Below are positions 12,078 through 24,300 of a stretch of 64,000 nt of DNA, piece by piece (the first letter of the stretch is position 1; each line of letters starts with the position of its first letter). The notes beneath the pieces are model-generated. The model saw only the letters and a program-made list of their open reading frames with translations, did not search any database and was not told the origin of the DNA. This DNA comes from Macrostomum lignano (taxonomy: Eukaryota): positions 62,001 through 126,000 of the forward strand of contig NIVC01002438.1 of assembly GCA_002269645.1 (NCBI GenBank), given 5' to 3'. The position numbers were made by a program, and so were the translations under genes.

Positions 12078-13848
12078 ATGTATGTTGACAGCACAGGCGA
12101 CTGCCTCACTTCTTCGCCACCGGTTTGGGTTAGAGTCAGCGCCGCCCTGGCCGTACTAGCAACTCCGGCTCTTGTCTACATGTTGCCCTCCGTGTTAAAA
12201 GGTTAGTAGAATTGACAAAAAATCAGTTATATCAGCTACTTGTTTTGCTACTGTTAGTAGAATGAAAAGCATTACTAAATTTAAAAAAAATCGCCAATTA
12301 ATCTAGGTGGCCGTCCGACTTTCCGTTGCCCGCTAATGCTGCTGGCCGCTTGCGCAGCGGTTTTGGATCTACAGATCCTGCTCCATTATTGGGCCACGGA
12401 AAAAATCTGCCCTGCTGCTTCTGCTGGCGGTGAGTTAGAATTTTAATCAGAACGTGTATTAGCTTAGATAAAAATCCCAGAATTAGGGATCAAAATTCCT
12501 GGTGGCGATCGAAATCTTAGAAATAGGGATCAATATCCCATAAGCAGGGATCAAAATCCCAGATATCGGGATAAAAATCCCAGAAATCGGGATCGAAACC
12601 TTAGAAATAGGCATTCAAATTCCAGAAATAGGAATCGAAATCCCCAGAAATAGGGATCAAACCTTAGAAATAGGGATAAAAATCCCAGAAAAAGGGATCA
12701 AAATCCCAGAAATAGGGATCAAAATCCCAGAAATAGGGATCAAAATCCCAGAAATAGGGATCAAAATCCCAGAAATAGGGATCAAAATCCCCAGAAATAG
12801 GGATCAAAATCCCCAGAAATAGGGATCAAAATCCCCAGAAATAGGGATCAAAATCCCAGAAATAGGGATCAAAATCCCCAGAAATAGGGATCAAAATCCC
12901 AGAAATTATGATCAAAATCCTAGAAACAGGGATCAAAATCCCCAGCCATAGGGATCAAAATCCCCAGAAATAGGGATCAAAATCCAAGAAATATGGGATC
13001 AAAATCCAAGAAATAGGGATCAAAATCCCAGAAGTAGGGATCAAATCCTAAAAGTAAGTAGGAATCAAAATCCCAGAACTAGAAATAGGGATCAAAATCC
13101 CATAAATATGGGATCAAAATCCCAGAAATAGGGATTAAAATCCCATAAGCAGGGATCAACTTCACAGAAAAAGGGATCAAAATCCCATAAGCAGGGATCA
13201 ACTTCGCAGAAAAAGGGATCGAAATCCCATAAACAGGGATCAACTTCGCAGAAAAAGGGATCAAAATCCCATAAGCAGGGATCAACTTCACAGAAAAAGG
13301 GATCAAAATCCCATAAGCAGGGATCAACTTCGCAGAAAAAGGGATCAAAATCCCATAAGCAGGGATCAATTTCACAGAAAAAGGGATCAAAATCCCATAA
13401 GCAGGGATCAACTTCGCAGAAAAAGGGATCAAAATCCCATAAGCAGGGATCAACTTCGCAGAAAAAGGGATCAAAATCCCATAAGCAGGGATCAAAATCC
13501 CATAAGCAGGGATCAAAATCCCCAGAAATAGGGATAAAATCATAGAAGTAAGTAGGGATAAAAATCCCTAAATTAGGGATCAGAATCCCAGAAAATAGTT
13601 ATCTCAATTCTCAAATCGCATCCTTCCCATCACCAGCCGCCGGAAAGCCGCCTCCGCCAGCACCTGCTGTGGACCTTCGCCCAGCTCTGGCTTTCCACGG
13701 ATTCCGATTTTTTGGTTTCCTGGCCACAGCTGTTAACTTGCTGGTTGACGAGGCCTGGGGAAAGCGCCGCAGCGGAGGCAGCAGCAGCAGCAGCGGTGGC
13801 GTCACCACCCGTGCCAGAGCCGCGGCCGCTAAGAAAAAGGGGAAATGA
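12078..13848 (+). CDS. Uncharacterised 152-aa membrane protein, 3 exons (12078-12201, 12307-12429, 13637-13848)
   Basis: GT-AG introns with phases 1/1 give an uninterrupted 459-nt CDS: MYVDSTGDCLTSSPPVWVRVSAALAVLATPALVYMLPSVLKG/GRPTFRCPLMLLAACAAVLDLQILLHYWATEKICPAASAG/AAGKPPPPAPAVDLRPALAFHGFRFFGFLATAVNLLVDEAWGKRRSGG...AAAAKKKGK*. Three hydrophobic segments and a C-terminal dilysine. Intron 2 holds a minisatellite, like the other introns here. Confidence 0.6.
12470..13595. repeat. Intronic minisatellite, 21-22 bp (aaatagggatcaaaatcccag)
   Basis: Direct inspection. Confidence 0.95.
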
Positions 13849-14004
13849 GGAGATCTTGATCGCACATCAGCTGCTAACTGGGATGTTGAATTGTTTGCTG
13901 TCTGTCTCTGTGTGCGGTTTTTTATTAGTGTGTAGTTGATTATGATATGAAATTCATTTTTCGTGTTAGCTATAAGTTTCTATGCGATGTCATGCCATTG
14001 AGAA

Positions 14005-15625
14005 GTGGAGGGGAGAGGGTGACAAGGAGAGGAGGGAGGGTGACAACGAGAGGGGAGAGGGTGACAAAGAGAGCGGAGAATGTGACAAAGAGAGCGGAGA
14101 ATGTGACAAGGAGAGGGGAGAGGGTGACAAGGAGAGCGGAGAATGTGACAGGGAGAGGGGAGAGGGTGACAACGAGAGCGGAGAATGTGACAAAGAGAGC
14201 GGAGAATGTGACAAGGAGAGGGGAGAAGGTGACAAGGAGAGGGGAGAGGGTGACAAGGAGAGGGGAGAAGGTGACAAGGAGAGGGGAGAGGGGAGAAGGA
14301 GAGGGGAGAGGGTGACAAGGAGAGGGGAGAGGGTGACAAGGAGAGGGGAGAGGGGAGAAGGAGAGGGGAGAGGGTGACAAGGAGAGGGGAGAGGGTGACA
14401 AGGAGAGGGGGGAAGGCGACAAGGAGAGGGGAGAAGGTGACAAGGAGAGGGGAGAAGGTGACAAGGAGAGGGGAGACGGTGACAAGGAGAGGGGATAATG
14501 TGACAAGGAGAGGGGAGAAGGTGACAAGGAGAGGGGATAATGTGACAAGGAGAGGGGATAATGTGACAAGGAGAGGGGAGAAGGTGACAAGGAGAGGGGA
14601 GAATGTTACAAAGAGAGGGGAGAATGTAACAAAAAGAGGAGGGAAGGTGACAAAGAGAAGGGAGAATGTGACAAGGAGGGGGGAGAATGTTACAAGGAGA
14701 GGGGAGAATGTGTCAAGGAGAGGGGAGAATGTGACAAGGAGAGGGGAGAGGGTGACAAGGAGAGGGGAGAATGTGACAAGGAGAGGGGAGAATGTGACAA
14801 GGAGAGGGGAGAGGGTGACAAGGAGAGGGGAGAAGGTGACAAGGAGAGGGGAGAAGGTGACAAGGAGAGGGGAGAAGGTGACAAGGAGAGGGGAGACGAT
14901 GACAAGGAGAGGGGATAATGTGACAAGGAGAGGGGAGAAGGCGACAAAGAGAGGGGAGAAGGTGACAAGGAGAGGGGAGAAGGTGACAAGGAGAGGGGAG
15001 ACGGTGACAAGGAGAGGGGAGAATGTGTCAAGGAGAGGGGAGAATGTGACAAGGAGAGGAGGGAAGGTGACAAGGAGAGGGGAGAATGTGACAAGGAGGG
15101 GGGAGAATGTTACAAGGAGAGGGAGAAGGTGACAAGGAGAGGGGAGAATGTGACAAAGAGAGGGGAGCAGGTGACAAGGAGAGGGGAGAATGTGACAAGG
15201 AGAGGGGAAAGGGTGACAAGGAGAGGGGAGAAGGTGACAAGGAGAAGGGAGAAGGTGACAAGGAGAGGGGAGGTGACAAGGAGAGGGGAGAGGGTGACAA
15301 GGAGAGGGGAGAGGGTGACAAGGAGAGGGGAGAGGGTGACAAGGAGAGGGGAGGTGACAAGGAGAAGGAAGAGGGTGACAAGGAGAGGGGAGAATGTGAC
15401 AAGGAGAGGGGAGAGGGTGACAAAGAGAGGGGAGAAGGTGACAAGGAGAGGGGAGAGGGTGACAAGGAGAGGGGAGAGGGTGACAAGGAGAGGGGAGAGG
15501 GTGACAAAGAGACTGGAGAATGTGACAAGGAGAGGGGAGAAGGTGACAAGGAGAGGAGAGGGTGAGGAGATGGGAGAGGGTGAGGGGGAGAGAGGGGGAG
15601 GGAGAGGAGAGGAGAGAGTATGATT
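14005..15625. repeat. Purine-rich minisatellite, 21 bp (gtgacaaggagaggggagagg)
   Basis: Direct inspection; source of many spurious ORFs. Confidence 0.95.
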
Positions 15626-16160
15626 AAAGAAGAGGTCGAGAGGTGAAACGAGTGAGAAAAGGGAGATGGAGAGTAGAGAGAATATGATGAGAAGAACAGG
15701 GAAGCTGGTACAGTAGATAAGCCTGCAGTAGTGCAGACACCTGATACCTTTATATACCTTACACTTGAATACTAATACCTTATACTTACACTAATACCTT
15801 ACACTTTTAGCTGCTAATTGCTTAAATATTGAATATTTAGTCGTTAAACAAATTAATTTTGCATTCATCTACGTACAATGCAGCTCATTGCTTGATAAAC
15901 TTTGACTTTCCGTGCCAGTAGCAATTTATACAATTTACTTGTATAAAAGTTATTAAAATTAATTCTGCTTGCTTGTAAATACCGAATATGTACTATTTTA
16001 TATAACCTATTTTCACTATTGTAATTCTCTATATATGCTTTATCCATGTACTATTTTAGTCAGTTTTCGAAGTTGTAATAACAACTATTTGACAACTAAA
16101 AACATTTGCGGGTGAAAATGTAAACTCTTTGTCTTTTGTTTCGGTATTTGTTAATTTTAT

Positions 16161-16335
16161 GGGAGAGGGTGACAAGGAGAGGGGAGGTGACAAGGAGAAG
16201 GGAGAGGGTGACAAGGAGAGGGGAGGTGACAAGGAGAAGGGAGAGGGTGACAAGGAGAGGGGAGAGGGTGACAAGGAGAGGGGAGGTGACAAGGAGAAGG
16301 GAGAGGGTGACAAGGAGAGGGGAGAATGTGACAAG
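16161..16335. repeat. Second array of the same 21-bp purine-rich unit
   Basis: Same unit as 14005-15625. Confidence 0.9.
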
Positions 16336-17465
16336 CATACAGTAAATATGCATACAGTGTATTGTTAGTACGCTTACATGCAGTAAATTAGCGCCATCAG
16401 ATTGAGTTTGGCGCCGATAGATTGATTCTTTCGTTAGAATTCGTGAGAATCGACAATTGGTGGCACATGTGACAATTAAGAATCAATTGAAGCTATTTTT
16501 TAATGCTTATAATTGTAATTGTACACAACTGTGCCATAAATGTACCATTTGGCACCATACGAGTAAGTGTGCTGTTTAAGGCAGTTAAACTACATGTAGG
16601 CGCATAATGTGCTACCTGATGCTGTATATATTTATATAATAGTATATATTTGATGGGAAGTAGCAAATGGGACAAAAAATGTGTAAAACAGGAAAGCGAA
16701 GTCTGCCGAATTAAAAATGCATAAGTGGAAGCTATAACAGAAAGAAACGTACACACAGAGGAGACAAAAACAACGTACATGTAATACTCCACACATTTTT
16801 CCTTTGTCTGGACCTCCCAAAATATTCAACCAATTGCCATGAAAATCCAGAAAACGGGCTCAAAGTTTCCGCTTTTTTACCTTTTCCTCACCGCATTGCC
16901 ATTGCCATTTTTTGAATTACATAAATTATCCTTGATGACACAATTTTTGCTTGAATTTTAGTCCTCATATACATCCGTGTCGTGTGGAGTTTGATGTCTC
17001 ATCGATGGCTGCTCATGACGACCCAAAGCAACCGCAGAGACAAAGTGCTGTGCAATTCCCACGCAACACTGCAGCAGTCAGTCATGCAATATTTTTAATA
17101 GCTACTCACTGACTGACATTGCAAAATCATGAATGAAGTTTGAAGTCACTGACTCACGTTTGAGTTTTGAACGATTTTGGAAAGTAACCATAAGGGCTTT
17201 TTGACAATATGAAGTCTGGAGATTGTGAAGTGAAGGAGCTGTGCAGCAAGTGCATCTGAACTGAACTAAAAGCATTTAAATAAGGTCGCATGCACATCTT
17301 GCTGGTGTCTGTTAATTTTGGCTTGAATTGCTCTTTTAGTCACGCCTCACAAAATTGCTATCAAATTATTATCAATGAAGAATTGAGATGACCAAGCTTG
17401 ACAATGACCGGACCTCAACTTTTGACACCAATTGTACGAATCACCTGCACAGGGGATTGTGGTAG

Positions 17466-18122
17466 GGACGCCCACCAAGAGACAGGGGCACCCACCAAGA
17501 GACAGGGGCACCCACCAAGAGACAGGGGCACCCACCAAGAGACAGGGGCACCCACCAAGAGACAGGGGCACCCACCAAGAGACAGGGGCACCCACCAAGA
17601 GACAGGGGCGCCCACCAAGAGACAGGGGCACCCACCAAGAGACAGGGGCGCCCACCAAGTGACAGGGGCGCCCACCAAGTGACAGGGGCGCCCACCAAGT
17701 GACAGGGGCGCCCACCAAGAGACAAGGGGCGGCCCACCAAGAGACAGGGGCGCCCACCAAGAGACAGGGGCGCCCACCAAGTGACAGGGGCGCCCACCAA
17801 GTGACAGGGGCGCCCACCAAGTGACAGGGGCGCCCACCAAGTGACAGGGGCGCCCACCAAGTGACAGGGGCGCCCACCAAGTGACAGGGGCGCCCACCAA
17901 GAGACAAGGGGGCGGCCCACCAAGAGACAGGGGCGCCCACCAAGAGACAGGGGCGCCCACCAAGTGACAGGGGCGCCCACCAAGAGACAGGGGCGCCCAC
18001 CAAGTGACAGGGGCGCCCACCAAGTGACAGGGGCGCCCACCAAGTGACAGGGGCGCCCACCAAGAGACAAGGGGGCGGCCCACCAAGAGACAGGGGCGCC
18101 CACCAAGAGACAGGGGCGCCCC
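17466..18122. repeat. Minisatellite, 20 bp (ggggcgcccaccaagagaca)
   Basis: Direct inspection. Confidence 0.95.
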
Positions 18123-18434
18123 ATCATGTTGTTAATGACCGCCTGCCAGCCTCCGTGCAAGTTGCACCGGGTGTGTGTCAAACAGTTTCGTTAGCAATAA
18201 AAACGTTATTTGCGCCAAGTGTGCCAAAAAGGGCACACAAAGACATTTACAATTCCTGTGCCAAATGGCATAGCTACGGCACAACTGGTACAATTGTAGC
18301 AACAAGTGTGCCAAAAGGACATACAAAGACAGTTACATCTCTGTCAAAGGGCATATTTGTGGCACAACTGACACACTTTTTTTACTGTTTTTGAAAGAAC
18401 AATTATTTTCGGTCGGGCTAGCTGTATTGAGTTT

Positions 18435-20010
18435 TTGGCACCGTCAGTTTGAGTTTAGCGCTACTGTACTGAGTTTGGCGCCACTGTACTGAGTTTGACG
18501 CCACTGTATTGAGTTTGACGCCACTGTATTGAGTTTAGCGCTACTGTATTGAGTTAAGCGCTACTGTATTGAGTTAAGCGCTACTGTACTGAGTTTGGCG
18601 CCACTGTACTGAGTTTGGCGCCACTGTATTGAGTTTGACGCCACTGTATTGAGTTTAGCGCTACTGTATTGAGTTTAGCGCTACTGTATTGAGTTTAGCG
18701 CTACTGTATTGAGTTTAGCGCTACTGTACTGAGTTTGGCGCCACTGTACTGAGTTTGGCGCCACTGTACTGAGTTTGACGCCACTGTATTGAGTTTGACG
18801 CCACTGTATTGAGTTTAGCGCTACTGTATTGAGTTAAGCGCTACTGTACTGAGTTTGGCGCCACTGTACTGAGTTTAGCGCTACTGTATTGAGTTTAGCG
18901 CTACTGTACTGAGTTTGACGCCACTGTACTGAGTTTGGCGCCACTGTATTGAGTTTGGCGCCACTGTATTGAGTTTGGCGCCACTGTATTGAGTTTAGCG
19001 CTACTGTATTGAGTTAAGCGCTACTGTACTGAGTTTGGCGCCACTGTACTGAGTTTGGCGCCACTGTATTGAGTTTGACGCCACTGTATTGAGTTTAGCG
19101 CTACTGTATTGAGTTTAGCGCTACTGTATTGAGTTTAGCGCTACTGTACTGAGTTTGGCGCCACTGTACTGAGTTTGGCGCCACTGTACTGAGTTTGACG
19201 CCACTGTATTGAGTTTGACGCCACTGTATTGAGTTTAGCGCTACTGTATTGAGTTAAGCGCTACTGTACTGAGTTTGGCGCCACTGTACTGAGTTTGGCG
19301 CTACTGTATTGAGTTTAGCGCTACTGTACTGAGTTTGACGCCACTGTACTGAGTTTGGCGCCACTGTATTGAGTTTGGCGCCACTGTATTGAGTTTGGCG
19401 CCACTGTATTGAGTTTAGCGCTACTGTATTGAGTTTGGCGCCACTGTACTGAGTTTGGCGCCACTGTAGTATTGAGTTTGGCGCTACTGTATTGAGTTTA
19501 GCGCGCCACTGTAGACTTTAGCGCCACTGTATTGATTTTAGCGCCTAGCGCCATCAGTTTGAGTTTAGCGCCATCAGTTTGAGTTTAGCACCATCAGTTT
19601 GAGTGTGGCGCCATCAGTTTGAGTTTGGCGCCATCAGTTTGAGTTTGGCGCCATCAGTTTCAGTTTGGCGCCATCAGTTTCAGTTTGGCGCCATCAGTTT
19701 CAGTTTGGCGCCATCAGTTTCAGTTTGGCGCCATCAGTTTGAGTTTGGCACCATCAGTTTCAGTTTGGCGCCAATATATTGAGTTTTTGGCGCTACTACG
19801 AGTATATGGAGTTTGGCGCCATCAGTTTGAGTTTGGCGCCATCAGTTTGAGTTTGGCGCCATCAGTTTGAGTTTGGCGCCATCAGTTTCAGTTTGGCGCC
19901 ATCAGTTTGAGTTTGGCGCCATCAGTTTCAGTTTGGCGCCATCAGTTTCAGTTTGGCGCCATCAGTTTGAGTTTGGCACCATCAGTTTGAGTTTGGCGCC
20001 ATCAGTTTAA
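18435..20010. repeat. Compound 20-bp minisatellite (ccactgtattgagtttggcg switching to ccatcagtttgagtttggcg near 19545)
   Basis: Direct inspection. Confidence 0.95.
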
Positions 20011-20807
20011 ATATTCTCTTGGTCTCAATTACACATGTACATGTAGATTTAGACATGTAGAAAAATTCAGTCTGGCCTAAGATGTTTATTTAAAACAACT
20101 AAACGAACACCAAAGTCAACACCAAGTACAGCATGCACTTCATTAAGCGGAAGTTATATTTTCAAAATCTGGATAAACAAACGCATAATTACTGTTGTTA
20201 ACAGTTTTATTACCGTAATTATATATTATAAAATCTTCAAGGTTCCTCAAAAACGCAGGCCAGGACAAAAGAAAAATTGAACCCAACGTGATGAAGAAAT
20301 TCGAGTTAAGATTCTTAAGTGAAAATCAGGCAATAATAAATAATAAATATACGCATGCTAGAATGAATGGGTTAATTTAGTGTTGAAAAATACCAACAAT
20401 AATCTGTTTAAGAAAATAGCAACATTTTTTATGATCAAACAAACTCAGATGCAAACCCAAGTGAGAATCAAATTGTGACAATAAAATGAAGTTTTCAATT
20501 TTTCATATATTATTCCTTTGTTTTTGGTTTGTTTAATTACAAGAAAGACCAACGCAGGGAAAGCAGGAGGTGAATTATTATTAATGAATGATGTACAATC
20601 GATTGTAAAATCAATAATTACTGGGAGTCAAGTAAAATACATTATTGATACACACGATACTAATAATGTATTTATTGGCATTTTATTTACACGCAGAAGA
20701 ATCAATCTGAAAATACACATTGAAACTACTGTTAGTAGAGGTTGCGAAAATACGAGAAAGTTTGGAATGACGCGTTTTTTTAGCACTGATCACCTCACGT
20801 AGCTTAG

Positions 20808-21292
20808 AGATTATCCCTTAGGTAGCTTATAGGGGATTATCTCTCAGGTAGCTAATAGGGGATTAACTCTCAGGTAGCTAATAGGGGATTATCTCTCAGG
20901 TAGCTTATAGGGGATTATCTCTCAGGTAGCTTATAGGGGATTATCTCTCAGGTAGCTAATAGGGGATTATCTCTCAGGTAGCTTATAGGGGATTATCTCT
21001 CAGGTAGCTTATAGGGGATTATCTCTCAGGTAGCTAATAGGGGATTATCTCTCAGGTAGCTTATAGGGGATTAACTCTCAGGTAGCTTATAGGGGATTAT
21101 CTCTCAGGTAGCTTATAGGGGATTATCTCTCAGGTAGCTTACAGGGGATTATCTCTCAGGTAGCTTATAGGGGATTATCCCTTAGGTAGCTTATAGGGGA
21201 TTATCTCTCAGATAGCTTATAGGGGATTATCTCTCAGGTAGCTTATAGGGGATTATCTCTCAGGTAGCCTAATAAAGATTATCTCCCTAGGT
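20808..21292. repeat. Minisatellite, 26 bp (aggtagcttataggggattatctctc)
   Basis: Direct inspection; just downstream of the EPG5 stop. Confidence 0.95.
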
Positions 21293-21394
21293 TAAATTCC
21301 CACATATAGTTCAATCGACCCAGCTATAGTCATAAACACTGAATAATAAACACACGAATGAAGAAATTCCAGAATCAGCAGTTTCAATCAGTTC

Positions 21395-24300
21395 TCAGTT
21401 GGCGCCACCCAGCGGCAGAAGTTCGCTCTCCGTAGGCAGCAGGCATTTGCAAGCGGGCAGGCCGCTACTTGGATAAGCTCGATGCGTCGTGAATCGTAAA
21501 ACTCGACAGATGTCGGCGAGCCTCGGTCTGGCTGCGCCTGGCGAACCGAACGTGTCCACGAATGCCAGCACCTGATCGATGGTGGCCTCGCTGATGGCGC
21601 CAGTGTAGGCGCGGTTGGCGCGAGCGGCGCGCAGGCCGGCGACCACCTGCTGGGTGCGAGCGCCCTGCCAGCCGTCCAGCTTCACCTGCACCAGGCTGGC
21701 CGCGGCTCTGGCCGTGAAGCGGAACCTGCGATGGGGTCGGACAGAGTAGAGGGTAGAAATCTATCTACCAGTCTATCTGTTAGTCTATCTGCTAGTCTAT
21801 CTGCCAGTCTATCTACCAGTCTATCTGCCAGTCTATCTACCAGTCTATCTACCAGTCTACCTGCCAGTCTATCTACCAGTCTATCTACCAGTCTACCTGC
21901 CAGTCTATCTACCAGTATATCTACCAGTCTACCTGCCAGTCTATCTGCCAGTCGATCTACCAGTCTATCTGCCAGTTTATCTACCAGCAGTCCATCTGCC
22001 AGTCTATCTACCAGTCTATCTACCAGTCTATCTACCAGACTATCTGCCAGTCTATCTGCCAGTCGATCTACCAGTCGATCTACCAGTCTATCTACTAGTC
22101 TATCTGCCAGTCTAATCTATCTATCTACCTATCTATCATCCACAGACCCATCATCACTCACTCAGCAGACATCGCCGAGCGCCGTCCCAGTCCGATAGCT
22201 CCCAGAAACCCAGCCGAAGATTTATCCTCCGACAGGGTGAGCAGACAGGGCAGCAGCTGGTGCAGCTGCCTATTCAGCCACTGATCATCCTCAGGAGTCA
22301 AGTGCATAACCAGTGCATCAAAGCAGCGATCTAGCAGGGCCAGGTACCGAACCTCACCGTCCACGCTGACCTTCACCGAGCGCAGCCAATCGCAGCATCT
22401 GGCTAGCAGAGCTCTACGCTGATTGGCTACCGAGGACAGACCGAGCTGGATATGCAGACAGAGCAGCAGAGTGAGCAGGCTCTCCGCTGTGACGCACTCG
22501 GACAGAAACGGTTCCAGAGTGCTGCTGGGTAGCTGGAACACTGCCAACAGGTGCGACAGCACCGACTGGGGCGTTGACTCGTTGGAGGCTGCAGAGAGAG
22601 GGAAGGAGAGAGAACTCATCAATCACTGAGCAGTGTGAGAACTCATCAATCACTGAGCAGTGTGAGAACTCATCAATCACTGAGCAGTGTCTCTGGTGTG
22701 AGAACTCATCAATCACTGAGCAGTGTCTATGGTGAGAACTCTCAAAGCCCCTATAGCAAGCTCCCATCGCTCACCAATAGCAACCACAAAGGCGGTCATG
22801 AGAGTCTCGAGCAGTCGCACAGTGGACGCAGTGTTGGCAGGGGCTGCTGTGAGGCATCGAATAAGCGGCAGGACCAGCGGGCCGGAGCCGCTGTTCTCGC
22901 ACCAGTCCTGCAGGCTGGATAGACAGACCCGTTGCACAGCTGGGCTGTTATTTCGCAACAGGTTCAGCACCTCCTGGCAGAGGGCGCAGCCGTGAGCGAA
23001 CTTTTGGTCGTCTGGTAGCGCAGCTGATTTAGGGGAGGGAAGGCAGTGTTGTTCAACACGAAGGTTCTTGCGTAGTCTATGGTTGAAAGTCACAAAAGTC
23101 TTGTAGTCCCGCTCATTTTACTGTGTATAAGAATAGTCTATGGCCAAAGCCCATTTTATCCTGTGTACATCTATAGTCTATGGCCAAAGCCATTTCAATC
23201 CTAACTGTGTACATCTATAGTCTATGGCATAAGCCCATTCAATCCTAACTGTGTAAATCTATAGTCTATGGCCTAAGCCAATTCAATCCTAACTGTGTAC
23301 ATCTATGTCTATGGCCTAAGCCCATTCAATCCTAACTGTGTACATCTATAGTCTATGGCCGAAGCCTATTTTATTGTGTGCATGGCGTAAGCTAATTTCA
23401 TCCTAACTGTGTACATCTATAGTCTATGGTCAAAGCCCATTCAATCATAACTATGTACATCTATAGTCTATGGCCTAAGGCCACCCAATCCTAACTGTGT
23501 ACATCTATAGTCTATTGCCAAAGCCCATTCAATCCTGTGTACATATATAGTCTATGGTCAAAACCCATTATACCCTAACTATGTACATCGATAGTCTATG
23601 GCCTAAGCTAATTTTATCCTAACTGTGTACAGCTCTATAGTCTATGGCCGAAACTACTCTTATCCTACTTCCTAATGAAATGCACACCCAGAAACTCGCA
23701 CTCACCATAGACCAGACAGGACTCAACCTCAGTGAGCAGGTTGCTAACGGCAGTAGCAAATTTGCTAGCCAATTCCTCCTTGGACAGAGCAGTCTGCCCA
23801 GCAGAGAGGCACTGGCACAGCAGCTGAATGCACATACGGGTGCACAGGCACTGCTTAATCAGTCCGCTACGATCGTCTGGCTGCAGTGGAGCCGAAAACT
23901 CTGCCGACTTCTGCAGGAAAGCCACGGCTAAATAGGCGGCCGAAGTTCGCTCCCTTAGCATGCACATCGGATCCCATTTGGTTGCTAGCCAGGTTGTCAT
24001 GGACTCGTAGGTGTCGGATCGAACACAGTGCCAATTTAGGCGAGCGCTGGTGTCCAAGAGGCGAGCGAACTCGGGCATTCGGATAATCTCCTGGGGAAAA
24101 TAGGATAGGATGCCATGTCAAAGGGGATTCCAATAGCCCAATGATTCCCAAATGGGATTTCAATAGCCCAGTGATCCCCAAATGGGATTTCAATAGTCCA
24201 GTGATTCCCAAATGGGATTCCAATAGCCCAGTGATCCCCAAATGGGATTTCAATAGCCCAATGATTCCCAAATGGGATTCCAATAGCCCAGTGATCCCCA

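Noticed and set aside
13700-13720. Apparent frameshift in exon 3 of the small membrane gene
   Set aside because: Recounting the six-T run shows the frame is continuous to TGA 13846-13848.
13947-18181. Many long overlapping ORFs (VTRRGER, SPSPLSL, LVGAPVSWW repeats)
   Set aside because: They are translations of 20-21 bp minisatellites, open in several frames on both strands, with no splice or homology support.
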